Assembly (NCBI GenBank): GCA_013343275.1
Contig: CP046106.1
Location: 704,001-768,000 of the forward strand
Reading direction: 5' to 3'
Source of the DNA: Candidatus Nanohaloarchaea archaeon
GTDB taxonomy: Archaea > Nanohalarchaeota > Nanosalinia > Nanosalinales > Nanosalinaceae
DNA length: 64,000 nucleotides
Numbering within the stretch: the stretch's first letter is position 1; the number at the start of each line of letters is the position of its first letter. Below, piece after piece: positions 19,345 through 29,300 of this stretch. A program made the translations under genes and the position numbers. The notes beneath the pieces are model-generated. The model was not told the origin of the DNA and did not search any database. It was given only the letters and a program-made list of their open reading frames with translations.

Positions 19345-20301
19345 TTACTCATTCATGAAAACAGTCTCGCCCCTGTCAAGAACCTTTCTATCATCAAACC
19401 AGACAGTAGGCTTTTCACACACCGTATCCCAGTGAATATCACAGCTAACCTTTCTCTCATGGCCATCAGGCATGTAACTCGAGTTATCGCCGAACGCAAT
19501 ATGGACTGTTCCAAGCACTTTCTCATCCTGGAGAACGTTACCGATCAAAGTGGCTTTAGGATTAGTACCGAAACCGAACTCGGCCAAGTTACGGGCACCT
19601 TCAATGTTCTCAAAGGCCTCAGCAAGTCCCGAAGTCTCATCGCCGACATGCTTCACGGCAACGGCCTCGGAGTCCTCGATCTCGACCTCAGTACCCTCCG
19701 GCGCGAACGGGAAGTGGTCAGTAACCAGAGTACCGTTGACATTCAGAATCCCGCCATCGGCCTCTCCAGCAGGAAGATTACCGAAGTCTCCCGGCTCATG
19801 TATAATACCGGTATCGGTATGGAAGAGATCAATATCGATCTCGAAAGTCAGATCGGTACCTGAAGGAGTAGTAATTCTTACCTCATCAGTATCTTCAAGA
19901 AGTTCGTAGACCTTCTCGGAAATTCTCTCAACTTCGGAGTAATCGGCCTGAAGGCTGGAGTTCCAGATAGTCTTGTTGATTCCTGGCAGAGTAGCAACCC
20001 GAGAACCAGCATCACAGGCCTCTCTTCTTGCATCGGTATGGCTAAGCGACTTCTTTGTCGGTGCGATCACGACATCCGCTGCCTGCATGGCATCGGCCAC
20101 CTTCTCAGGAGGTTCCTCGCCGTGGTTCTCCGGCTCCTCGTACTCGATGTACGTCCCCTCGACGTCCCGACTATCGATCACTTCAAACAGTGCATCGATC
20201 AAATCGGAATCATTACCGTCATTTACAACGAGAACCTCCTCGCCGTCCTGAACGTTTAAACACTGGTTAACAATTGTCTCGGCACCTTCAACTAAACTCA
20301 T
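19345..20301 (-). CDS. Aminopeptidase, M29 family
   Basis: GTDL, NLPAGE, LAEFGFGTNP, DEKVLGTVHIAFG, IHWD. Confidence 0.92.
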   Translation of the reverse strand: MSLVEGAETIVNQCLNVQDGEEVLVVNDGNDSDLIDALFEVIDSRDVEGTYIEYEEPENHGEEPPEKVADAMQAADVVIAPTKKSLSHTDARREACDAGSRVATLPGINKTIWNSSLQADYSEVERISEKVYELLEDTDEVRITTPSGTDLTFEIDIDLFHTDTGIIHEPGDFGNLPAGEADGGILNVNGTLVTDHFPFAPEGTEVEIEDSEAVAVKHVGDETSGLAEAFENIEGARNLAEFGFGTNPKATLIGNVLQDEKVLGTVHIAFGDNSSYMPDGHERKVSCDIHWDTVCEKPTVWFDDRKVLDRGETVFMNE

Positions 20302-20343
20302 AAACAGAAAAACGGCTGCAAAACTAAAACATCTTTCCCTCTA

Positions 20344-20541
20344 CTACCTGAGATCGACGTAGGTACCACGGCCCTCATCCAGGAACTCAAGCTTGTCCTC
20401 ACGAGCCAGCCAACCAATCGCCATATTCACCTTCGAACGCGGAAAATCCAGAGAGCTCGAAATCGAAGAAACAGAACACTCTCCTTCATCCTCTAAGTAT
20501 CTCCAAACATAACCTGCAACCTCACCAATCTTATCCTCCAA
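20344..20541 (-). CDS. Small winged-helix protein (DUF2582-like)
   Basis: IGEVAGYVWRYL...AIGWLAREDK. Confidence 0.85.
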   Translation of the reverse strand: MEDKIGEVAGYVWRYLEDEGECSVSSISSSLDFPRSKVNMAIGWLAREDKLEFLDEGRGTYVDLR

Positions 20542-20633
20542 AAACAGTTCACCTAAACAAAAAATACGCAGGCCCGTTTAAATCAACTTCTCCATATAAA
20601 AAATTCTGTAACCTACACAGAAAACACAGAAAG

Positions 20634-20784
20634 GCCTCGATGGCTCAGCCTGGCTAGAGCGGTCCCCTCGTACGCCTGCCAATGCCCAGAGCGGCACGCA
20701 TCAGACCATGCTCAGCATGGCCTACAATCAAACTTGACAGGCACAGAAAGGGACAGGTCCCGGGTTCAAATCCCGGTCGGGGCT
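20634..20784 (+). tRNA. tRNA-Thr(CGT) with 76-nt intron at 37/38 (20673-20748)
   Basis: Acceptor GCCTCGA/TCGGGGC, D-arm GCTC/GAGC, anticodon stem GTCCC/GGGAC, T-arm CCGGG-TTCAAAT-CCCGG; CCA not encoded. Confidence 0.93.
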
Positions 20785-20844
20785 TCAAATTCCATAATAA
20801 ATTTTCCAGTAAGACCAGCTCTAACTTAACGTTTTAGATGCAAG

Positions 20845-21366
20845 TTGTATGGTGTGGCAGAACCTCAGGAAGAGTATGATACACTTGTTAGAGGAAGTCT
20901 TCTGAGAGGTGTTGATGAGCGCGGCGAGTATACCCAGGCCTCTTTCCAGGAGGACGGTGTTTTTGTGGATATAGTTAGAAGACCTAGAGGCTACGAGCTA
21001 AGTTTTGAAACTGATAAAGGCCTGAAAGATATTTACGAAGGTATTGTGGAGAACTATCATCCGAAAGGTCTGGTAGAGGCTATCAATTCAGAAGGAGATA
21101 GTTTTGGGCTGGATCCTGATGCCTGGAACGGTGGCAATTACGAGGATTTTGTCGAGGCCTATTTTAACTTCGGTAATTTCAGCGTTGAATGGTTTGCCAT
21201 CGATGATGAATCTGAAAGAGAGTATATGGTTGACGTTTTCAGCAACACTATTCACTTTGATACCACCGAACCAGTATCAGAGGCCGGCTGGATGATCGGC
21301 GAGGCCGTAACAGATGCGGACAGCAGTCTATTTGATGAGGTCCAGCGTTTCCTGAACGAAGATTAA
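20845..21366 (+). CDS. Hypothetical acidic protein downstream of tRNA
   Basis: 173-aa ORF; start codon uncertain. Confidence 0.65.
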   Translation: MYGVAEPQEEYDTLVRGSLLRGVDERGEYTQASFQEDGVFVDIVRRPRGYELSFETDKGLKDIYEGIVENYHPKGLVEAINSEGDSFGLDPDAWNGGNYEDFVEAYFNFGNFSVEWFAIDDESEREYMVDVFSNTIHFDTTEPVSEAGWMIGEAVTDADSSLFDEVQRFLNED

Positions 21367-21384
21367 GAGATGGAACTACAAGAA

Positions 21385-21492
21385 CTAGAACAGGTTCGAC
21401 ATGCAGACTTCGTGTACTGGTCCTTCCGATGTCTTCATTCCTGAAGACCGGATATCTTCTCCACAGACCAGACATTCTTCAGCTACTTCCAT
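21385..21492 (-). CDS. 35-aa zinc-finger micro-protein
   Basis: MEVAEECLVCGEDIRSSGMKTSEGPVHEVCMSNLF, CxxC...HxxC; too short for the ORF track. Confidence 0.7.
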   Translation of the reverse strand: MEVAEECLVCGEDIRSSGMKTSEGPVHEVCMSNLF

Positions 21493-21570
21493 ACAGTATT
21501 ATACGTATAGCTAATATATTAATGTATCTCCAAACATTTGTTTTAAAATTGTTGAGTTTATACCTTTTCT

Positions 21571-22020
21571 ATGGCAGAGTTTAGTGTTGATGATAAGGAT
21601 CGGCAAATAATTGAACAGTTGTTGTCGGATGGAAGGGCCTCTCTGAGGAAAATTGCGGAGAAAATCAGCGTCTCGCCTTCCACAGCAAGCAATCGATTCA
21701 AGAAGCTTCGAGATAACGGTGTTATACAGAGTTTTGTGCCAGTGCTTGACTACGAGAAGATGGGCTACACCTTCAGTACGTTGACTCATATCAAGTCCGA
21801 GCCCGGCGAAGTAAGCCCCATTGCTCAGAAGTTGAAGGAGAAAGCCTTTATCGAGCAGTGCTTTACGATTACCGGTGATGCAGATATCATAATTCTCTCT
21901 CATTTCGAGGACCGTGAGAAGATGAACGATTCTTTACAGGATATTCAGAGTATGGAAGGGATAGAAGAGACGAAGACGAACGTGATTCTGGAGTCTTACA
22001 GGCAGCAGATGAAGCTATAG
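21571..22020 (+). CDS. Lrp/AsnC family regulator
   Basis: DDKDRQII..L.DGRASLRKIA, ITGDAD. Confidence 0.93.
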   Translation: MAEFSVDDKDRQIIEQLLSDGRASLRKIAEKISVSPSTASNRFKKLRDNGVIQSFVPVLDYEKMGYTFSTLTHIKSEPGEVSPIAQKLKEKAFIEQCFTITGDADIIILSHFEDREKMNDSLQDIQSMEGIEETKTNVILESYRQQMKL

Positions 22021-23130
22021 GTCGTCTTTCGTCATTATGAAGACTTCGCTGGATGAGACTGTCTCGTTTCGCGACTTCCCTACTATGTAATCTGCTTCAA
22101 GCTGTTCAGCTGTTTCAACAGCTTTCTCATCTACTTCTCCATCCATGACTACGGCATAACACTTCTTCTCCAGTTCTGAGATAGCAGAGACAGGCCTTTT
22201 CTCTACCACTTCTCCTTCCTCATCGAGGGTGTTTACTGCCCTGGTACCTGTTAGCTCCGAGATCTTGCCGGAGAAAGTTTCAATATCCTCATCCGCGATC
22301 TGTTGCTCTACCTCAGGCTCCTCCGTATATTTAACAGGCTCCCTGTCTCTGAGGGCTGAGTGCACTTCCCTCTTCGAGAGTTCTTCTACCTCTTTTCCTT
22401 CAGGAGCTCGGGCCACGTACTCGGGCTCGGCTTTCTCCTTCAGTTCCTTGAGTATGAGGTCTCCTCCTCTGTCGCCGTCGAGGAAAGCGGTTATCTCCTT
22501 CTCTTCTGCTATTCTCTGGATCTGTGAGGGTACTGATGTGCCGCCGATCGCCAGTGCGTTCTTCACTCCTTTCTCCAGAAGGTTGACGACGTCGGCCTTC
22601 CCCTCCACAATTACGATGCTGTCGTCCCATTCTACATCCGGGCCTGCGATAAATGAGTGGTACTCTGTAAGCTCCTCCTTCCTGACCTCCTGCTTGATAT
22701 CATTCATAAGCTCCTTTTTATCAGGCGTCTCGCGCTCTATATCCTGCAGAAGCTGTTTTGAGCGCTTGACAATGTAGTCTCTTTTCGATACTCTCAGGTC
22801 TTCAATACTGTCAACTGTTAGATCGGCATTGCTTGGGCCGATCTTTTCTATGGTTTCAAGCGAGGCCGCTAGCAGAGCAGTTTCAGTCGCGTCGAGAGAG
22901 GTTGGGAGTTCGAAGGAGGCCTCTGTGCTGCCGTCCTTCTCCTCTATCTCGACGTTCATTCTGCCGATCTTTCCTCGATCCTTGAGTTCACGTAGATCGA
23001 GCTGGTCGCCGAGAAGGCCTTCGGTCTGTCCGAAGATTGCGCCGACTATATCTGATTTCTCGACAACTCCTGCTATTTCGATTGTTGCGTTTATCATGTA
23101 CTTTGCGGATTTCTGTGATGTCTTGCCCAT
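22015..23130 (-). CDS. dnaG: Archaeal DnaG (TOPRIM, exosome-associated)
   Basis: GAIFGQTEGLLG, IVEGKADV, FLDGDRGG, ARAPEGKEVEEL. Confidence 0.95.
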   Translation of the reverse strand: MGKTSQKSAKYMINATIEIAGVVEKSDIVGAIFGQTEGLLGDQLDLRELKDRGKIGRMNVEIEEKDGSTEASFELPTSLDATETALLAASLETIEKIGPSNADLTVDSIEDLRVSKRDYIVKRSKQLLQDIERETPDKKELMNDIKQEVRKEELTEYHSFIAGPDVEWDDSIVIVEGKADVVNLLEKGVKNALAIGGTSVPSQIQRIAEEKEITAFLDGDRGGDLILKELKEKAEPEYVARAPEGKEVEELSKREVHSALRDREPVKYTEEPEVEQQIADEDIETFSGKISELTGTRAVNTLDEEGEVVEKRPVSAISELEKKCYAVVMDGEVDEKAVETAEQLEADYIVGKSRNETVSSSEVFIMTKDDL

Positions 23131-23379
23131 TTAGTATTCAGCCTCTATTTTTCGTTCAACTTTCTCTTCAGGTAGATCTACCTTCAGCTTTTTTCTCCTG
23201 CTCTGATGACCTGATATAATACCAGGTTTCTCTCCAAGTATCTCGGTCAGCTTATTTACCAGTTCCGAGTTGGCCCTGCCGTTCTCTGCCTCTGACCCGA
23301 GGTGGACTGTTGGAAATCTTCCTTCCTCAATCCTGAATTCGTTTTGATCCGGTTTAACTTTAACATAGAATTCTGTCAT
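23131..23379 (-). CDS. DUF167 (YggU) family protein
   Basis: VKVKP...ENGRANSEL...IISGHQSRRK. Confidence 0.85.
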   Translation of the reverse strand: MTEFYVKVKPDQNEFRIEEGRFPTVHLGSEAENGRANSELVNKLTEILGEKPGIISGHQSRRKKLKVDLPEEKVERKIEAEY

Positions 23380-23410
23380 TTTTCTCCAGGCCTCTTGGAA
23401 AGGATAAAAG

Positions 23411-23509
23411 TAGTGTGGCTGCCCTGTAACACAGATGATCATTCCTGTAGTCCCGGAAGGTCACATCTGCTGACCGAGGGCAGCCGTGAGGAAGTGTTTA
23501 CCTTCCTCA
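23411..23509 (-). ncRNA. Box H/ACA guide sRNA, predicted target 23S rRNA helix 69 U1915
   Basis: 9-bp lower stem, pocket CGGUCA/GUUAC, K-turn (GUGA/AAUGAUC), ACA box 14 nt from the top of the pocket, extra 5' hairpin 23487-23509. Confidence 0.85.
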
Positions 23510-23554
23510 GTAAATACTGTGAACGTTAACCTTTTACCTCTGAGAATATTCTCT

Positions 23555-24241
23555 CTACTGGAAGAAGGTTCCGTCTGTCGGCGGCGTGTACGACTCCTGC
23601 TTTGTCTTCGTCTGTACCGGTTCCTCGCCGTGGTATTTGCGAATGTAGTCGAAGTACTCTGAAAGTCTTTCACGGGCGTACTCTATATCGTACTCTATCA
23701 TCTCCTCTCCCAGCCTGTTAACAAACCATTTCTTGAACAAGCGGTTAAGAGGGTAGGCGAAGATTCTCGGCAGCCAGTCGATGCCGTCCGGAAAATCGTA
23801 CTTAACCTCGAGAGTAACCCAGTACTCGATCAGGCCGAAGTTGTTGTCGCCTGACGGCGGGCTCTGGGTAGCAGGGTTTGTTGTCAGCTTCAGCTTGCCG
23901 TGATCGCTCGGAAGGCCTTCGGAAACCTCCATTATAGACTCGAAATCTCCGCTGTCAACGTTCTCGTAGTAGAAAGTCTCCGCCGGTTTATCCAGGTCCA
24001 TGTTCTGGTTGAAGATGTACTTGTGGTCCTTGTAGATACTGACAATATTCGGGCTCTCATACCATTCAGCCTTGTTCTGTATCTCAACCCAGCCCCCCTC
24101 GAAGAGATGCTCGTGATGCCATATATCATCAGCGTGCTCAAACTTATCCTTCTCGTAATCCGAGTTATACGGCTTGCCTGGAGTATGAAGCCAGCACATG
24201 GCCTTCTGCAGGAAGTTCAGGTCTTCTTCGTCATCCGACAT
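23555..24241 (-). CDS. Uncharacterised protein (paralogue trio, gene 3)
   Basis: Operon with the two upstream genes; shared C-terminal helix pattern. Confidence 0.8.
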   Translation of the reverse strand: MSDDEEDLNFLQKAMCWLHTPGKPYNSDYEKDKFEHADDIWHHEHLFEGGWVEIQNKAEWYESPNIVSIYKDHKYIFNQNMDLDKPAETFYYENVDSGDFESIMEVSEGLPSDHGKLKLTTNPATQSPPSGDNNFGLIEYWVTLEVKYDFPDGIDWLPRIFAYPLNRLFKKWFVNRLGEEMIEYDIEYARERLSEYFDYIRKYHGEEPVQTKTKQESYTPPTDGTFFQ

Positions 24242-24247
24242 TTTTCA

Positions 24248-24865
24248 TCACTGCCATGGCGGTGTGTAGTGTGAGCTGCCGGTCCGGACGATACCGTCCT
24301 CTACACCGAACTTCTCTCTCATTAGGTTTTGAAGTCGAACAACGATCTCTGAGGCCTCCTCCTCGTACCTGTGGATTTCCTTGGAGTAAAACTTGTTGTA
24401 CCATATTCCGACAAGGATCTTGTAGAACTTGGAGCGCTGGAACTGTGTCTTCTCATCTTCAAGGCCTGTGCTACCGTAGTTGCTCTGAGGGTATTCTGTA
24501 ATAGGGTAAGGCTCCCAGATCTCCTTGTTACCGCCAGGATATACAGTAATAACCTTGCCTGTGGTCTTTACACGGACTTTTTTGATATCGTCAGGCCTGT
24601 CCTCTTTGTATATGTCTTTTGGATCCTTTACCCTCCAGCTCAGGTTGAAGTACAGGACAGTGTTCCTGGATTTCTCCTTGAATGCGTGCATACGGATCTT
24701 GTCCTTCGGCCCGGTTACGGAGAACTCGTTACGGCCTTCCTCTATCCTGTCTATATCGAACTCCTCCACAAGCAGGTCCTTGATACCTCTGTAGATCCGG
24801 GCCGGATCCTCCTTGACGAAGTAGTGATCCTGCTTGGAGAGCGCGTCCTCCTCGAACTTAACCAC
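24248..24865 (-). CDS. Uncharacterised protein (paralogue trio, gene 2)
   Basis: VKEDPARIYRGIKDLL resembles the next gene. Confidence 0.8.
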   Translation of the reverse strand: MVKFEEDALSKQDHYFVKEDPARIYRGIKDLLVEEFDIDRIEEGRNEFSVTGPKDKIRMHAFKEKSRNTVLYFNLSWRVKDPKDIYKEDRPDDIKKVRVKTTGKVITVYPGGNKEIWEPYPITEYPQSNYGSTGLEDEKTQFQRSKFYKILVGIWYNKFYSKEIHRYEEEASEIVVRLQNLMREKFGVEDGIVRTGSSHYTPPWQ

Positions 24866-25322
24866 TGTAATCAGCCTCCATATCCTCCTTGATGTAGTCC
24901 ATCAAGGTATCAACCCTTCCCTCTACAGCGTGCTCGTAGCCTTCTCTAGTCTCTCCGTAAAGAAACTTGTCGTAGAGAGATCGGTACGCGTAGTAGAGAA
25001 GAGAGTCCTGATAGTTTTTCTCCGTAGGGTAAGAAGTCACAAGCTTGGCTTTCAGCTGTATATCCATCTCGGAGGCCTCACGGTCTATATGCAGGAATAT
25101 CTCCATCCTCTCAACCGTGAGATGGTCCATTGCGTTGGTTGTTACTATCTTGGCCCTGATATCTCTGCCGTCTACATCGTTGTAGTATTTCTCTTCGTTC
25201 ACCGAGGAGAACTTGATTCTGTCCTCCAGAAGCATTCTGAGTGAGGAGTAAACCTCTTCCGGATCCTCCACTTTCAGGGTAAGTCTCCTGCGTGTTACTT
25301 CCTCGGTGATCTTCATACTCAT
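24858..25322 (-). CDS. Uncharacterised protein (paralogue trio, gene 1)
   Basis: KVEDPEEVYSSLRMLL; overlaps the next start. Confidence 0.8.
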   Translation of the reverse strand: MSMKITEEVTRRRLTLKVEDPEEVYSSLRMLLEDRIKFSSVNEEKYYNDVDGRDIRAKIVTTNAMDHLTVERMEIFLHIDREASEMDIQLKAKLVTSYPTEKNYQDSLLYYAYRSLYDKFLYGETREGYEHAVEGRVDTLMDYIKEDMEADYSG

Positions 25323-25382
25323 AGTGTATAGACTGTAATTAGAGAAAGCTGGATAAAAAAGTATTAGAAGAATGTGAGGCCG

Positions 25383-25919
25383 TTACCGGCACTCCTCACA
25401 TAGAAGCATTCCGTTGACTTCTTTGAGGTCCTCGCTGTAGTTCTCACAGCTCTCACAGACTCCTTCCCTAGATGTCTCTCTTGGAGTTGCCTCGGCCTGC
25501 ATCTCTACTTCTTCACCCATTATCTCAGCGTAACCAGGCCATGCTCTCAGAATATCGGTCTGGGTAAGGATTCCGACAAGCATCTCATCTCTTACTACTG
25601 GAACTCTTGATATATCGTTTCTTGCCATCGCCATTGCGACATCATCCAGAAGCTCGTCTTCATCAGCCACCACTAGATCAGTACTCATTATATCCTTGAC
25701 AAGAACATCTTCAGGATCCTTGTTGTCGGCTACTACCTCGTAGACAATGTCTCTGCAGACTACTACACCTACAGCATCTTCATCGTCGACAACCACAAGG
25801 CCTCTGATCTCTTCATCTTTCAGAAGCTGTGCGGCCTCTTTTACTGTTTTTTCCTGTTCGACTGCGATGACTCCTTCAGTCATCAGCTCCTTTACCTGTA
25901 CTTCACTATCTACTGCCAT
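25383..25919 (-). CDS. CBS-domain protein with C-terminal zinc ribbon
   Basis: CBS pair plus CESC...CEEC. Confidence 0.92.
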   Translation of the reverse strand: MAVDSEVQVKELMTEGVIAVEQEKTVKEAAQLLKDEEIRGLVVVDDEDAVGVVVCRDIVYEVVADNKDPEDVLVKDIMSTDLVVADEDELLDDVAMAMARNDISRVPVVRDEMLVGILTQTDILRAWPGYAEIMGEEVEMQAEATPRETSREGVCESCENYSEDLKEVNGMLLCEECR

Positions 25920-25920
25920 T

Positions 25921-26340
25921 TTATTGCTCCACCTCTTTTTCCTGCATTATTTCTGCGAATCCAGGCCATGCTCTCAGAATATCTGACTGTGTGACTATTC
26001 CGACAAGCATGTCGCCTCTGACAACCGGTACACGGGAGACGTTGTTCTTGGACATTGCCATTGCGACATCATCCAGAAGCTCATCCTCTTCGGCCACTAT
26101 CAGGTCTGTACTCATTATGTCTTTCACCTTGGTCTCTCGGGCCTCTTTTCCTTCAGCTATTATGTCGTAGGTTATATCTCTGCAGACTACTACACCTACA
26201 GCATCTTCGTCCTCTATTACGACCAGGCCTCTGATATCTTCCTGTCGAAGCTTGTTCGCTGCCTCTACTGCATTACTATTGGCGTCTACTGCGACTACGC
26301 CTTCAGTCATAACCTCCTTCAGTTTTACTTTTCCGTCCAT
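25921..26340 (-). CDS. CBS-domain protein (tandem paralogue)
   Basis: CBS pair highly similar to the neighbouring gene. Confidence 0.92.
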   Translation of the reverse strand: MDGKVKLKEVMTEGVVAVDANSNAVEAANKLRQEDIRGLVVIEDEDAVGVVVCRDITYDIIAEGKEARETKVKDIMSTDLIVAEEDELLDDVAMAMSKNNVSRVPVVRGDMLVGIVTQSDILRAWPGFAEIMQEKEVEQ

Positions 26341-26385
26341 ATGAGAAACTGGGAGAAATGATTCTAAAGAAGCTTTTGGTTGCCT

Positions 26386-29300
26386 TCAGTTCGCGAACTG
26401 TTTCAGTCCGGTCTGGCGGTCGCTTTTACCGAAAAGGCTCTGAATTGTCTTGTTCAGTATAAGTATCTGCTGCCTGATGTAAGGAGAAACCTCGTAGTTA
26501 TCAATTATCTCCTTAGAAGGCTCAAGATACTTCTTGATAGTTCCCTCGGAGATAGTCAGCAACACCTTCCCATCACACTCCGGACACCGGGCCGTAGTCT
26601 TTCCCGTAGGCGCAATAGTCTGGTTAGTCATCGGCACCCGCCGGAACTTCTCGTTACAGTCCACACAGCGCATCTTCTGACTGGAGAACGAACGCAAGTT
26701 ACCCTTGATATCAGGAATAAAGTGCTTGTCCAGCAACAGATCAGCCACCGCATTCTCGTTAACAGCTCTAATTCTCTCACCCAGCTTCAACTGGTTATCA
26801 GTCTTCTCGCTCATCTCATCCAAAGTCACGTACTCTGACTGGTTAGGCCCATCATCGATATCCGAAGTCTCAATAGTGTAATCATGAGAATAAGGCTCAT
26901 CGCTGTGAACAATATCCTCACCAATCTCAATATCAGTCTCCAGATTCCAGGGCTCCTTGTACTCCTTCGTCTCCTCATAGAAACTACGCGGATAATCATC
27001 TACAGTCTCAACAGCCCAGGCCTCATCATCAACCTCATCAGAGTTAAGCACAGTCGATAAAATCAGCGGAGCATCCATAGTTCTAGCGCCAGTCATGTCA
27101 GGAAGGTACTTACGCGAAAAGTTCAGCAATCCATCCATCATAAGCAGTATGGCGTCCTCATCTCCGTCACAATTCCTGCGTTTAGCTGCATGCCAGTAAG
27201 GATGGGCATAAATCCCTTTAGCATCGGTAAAACCAATTATGCGGCCTACTGTGCCTCCTGATGTGTGTGGTGCGAGGCCGATAACTAGTTCTCCTACCAG
27301 ATCTTCTTTTGATTCGGCATCGTAGTATGGTTCGAGGCCGTAAAACTCTTCAAGTAGTTCGTCTATGTATTTAGCGGCTCTGAGCATGTAGTCTGAGGCT
27401 GCTAGAGTGTTGTCTCCGTCAGGGATCAGTATGTCTTGTGGTTTCAGTTCGACTACCTGTTCTTCGTTCTCGAGTGGTTCGCCGTCTTTGTCCTCTGTGT
27501 ATCCTAGCTCTCGCAGTTTTTCTACTGATACGCTGGCTTCTTTTGGTTTGAAATGTGTCATTGGGAGATCTGTGGCGTCGTATCTTACTGTTCCGTCCTT
27601 GTTGACGTAGAGGTCGTGCTTCTTTCTCAGAAGGCCTTTTTCGATTGGTTCTACGATCTTGGTCTTGGATGTCATTCCTCTGAAAGATTTGAGGAGTTCC
27701 GGAGGCCTGTTCATTCCAAGGTTGTCGAGAGCTTTGTCCATGATTTCGCGGACGTTGATATCGGTGTTCTGATATCTGTTGATGTATTCATTGCCGCAGC
27801 TGCCACAGACTTCTGTCTCCTCTTTGAACTCTTTGCCACAGTCGCTGCACACCCACAGAGGTTCTGTAGGGTTGCCGCAGTCCTGGCAGTATGAGAAGTG
27901 TGATTTATCTCCGCATTCAGGGCAGTAGTTCTGCACAATCTGTTCGTTTACTATTCCTTTTTCGCTGTGCATCGTGTTGTTGTATGCAGCAGTAAGATTT
28001 CTCATGCGGCCTCCTTCCTGTTTTCCACATGGGAAGAGCAGCTGTGGCTTCCCGTTCAGAGTTCTTCTCTCTGCTTTCTCCGGTCGGCCCATCCTGGCGC
28101 CCAGGTAGTGAGGTGCAGGATCACCCATCTCTACACCTGAAATCTCTTCAACTGCCTCAACTATCTCCGAGCTGCTGTCGACAGACTCAACTATCTCTTT
28201 ATTATCTTCTTCAGGTTTCAGCAGTAGCTTCAGGGCCTTGAGGTCTTCTTCCCTGACTTTTATCTGGTTGCCGTCTTTCTCGTGCTGTACCAGCAGTTCT
28301 TCAAGCGCGGCCTTTGTTTTCTCTCCGCTTAGCTCTCCTTCCTGCATAGATTCATAGAGAGCCTGGAATTTCTCTGGCGAGGTGTCTTCCCAGTGGTATG
28401 TCCATTTTGGATGCAGCTTTATTCCGAGCTTCTCGCTTATCTTGAATGCCTCCTGCGGGTTAGGGTCGCGTTCCGAGAAATCACGGCCTAACGCTACATT
28501 CTGCTCTTCGAGAGCATGTTCCAGGTCTTTCTCCCACCATTCCGGTACGTAAGGTGATGGCAGTAGTTTCTTGCCGTTCTCCACGAACTCTCCGTAAGTT
28601 ACAAGCATGTCGCCCAGGAAAAGTATTTCCTCTACATCATTCTCTATCTCTCGGGCCTCTTCCCGGCTCTCAACTTTCTTCACGTCGCCATTCTTGAGCT
28701 TAACTACCGGCGGATGTACGCTGTCGCAGGGCGTTGCTACAGTTCCTTTCATAGGGTACTCGGTTTTCAGCTGGGTTCCTATCGCGATAAACCTCTGGGA
28801 TATCTCCAAGGTTGCCGGATGCATCGATACTGCTGCAAGGCCGTTGGTCCTTGAGTGGCCGTATCTAAGTCTGAACCCTCCTTTCTCTCCGGGATGGGAG
28901 AATATAGGCCTTCCTGCAGTGATTGATCCCAGGAACTTGTCGGAAGGAGTATAATCTGCTTCTTCCTTGTCCTCTCCTTCCTCTTCATCGTCGTCGCTGC
29001 CTGAGGAGTGGATCTCTTTCTGTAGGTCCAGGTAGTCTTTCACCCATTCCCAGTGCTCGAGGCCGAAGTCCTTACCCCATTTCTCTATCCTTTTCTTGAT
29101 CTTCGGGGCCTTCAGCGGTAGGCCATCCAGGTACACGAGGCACATTCCTCCTCTGATCTGGTTAGTATCTATACGATCGAGGTCCTTGTAGTTCGAGACC
29201 TCTATCTGTTCTGTAGGCGACCCGGTGACTTCGACCGGAACATTCTCCGCGATCATAGATGTTTCCTCGCGTTCTGGGTAGTACTGCTTTGCCGTCACAC

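Noticed and set aside
20784-21400. Integrated element at tRNA-Thr (also checked at tRNA-Ser)
   Set aside because: No integrase gene and no duplicated tRNA 3' end seen in the window.
23302-23673. ORFs 23302-23529 and 23461-23673, and the 5' extension of the DUF167 ORF
   Set aside because: They overlap the H/ACA RNA and real genes and have no protein-like features.
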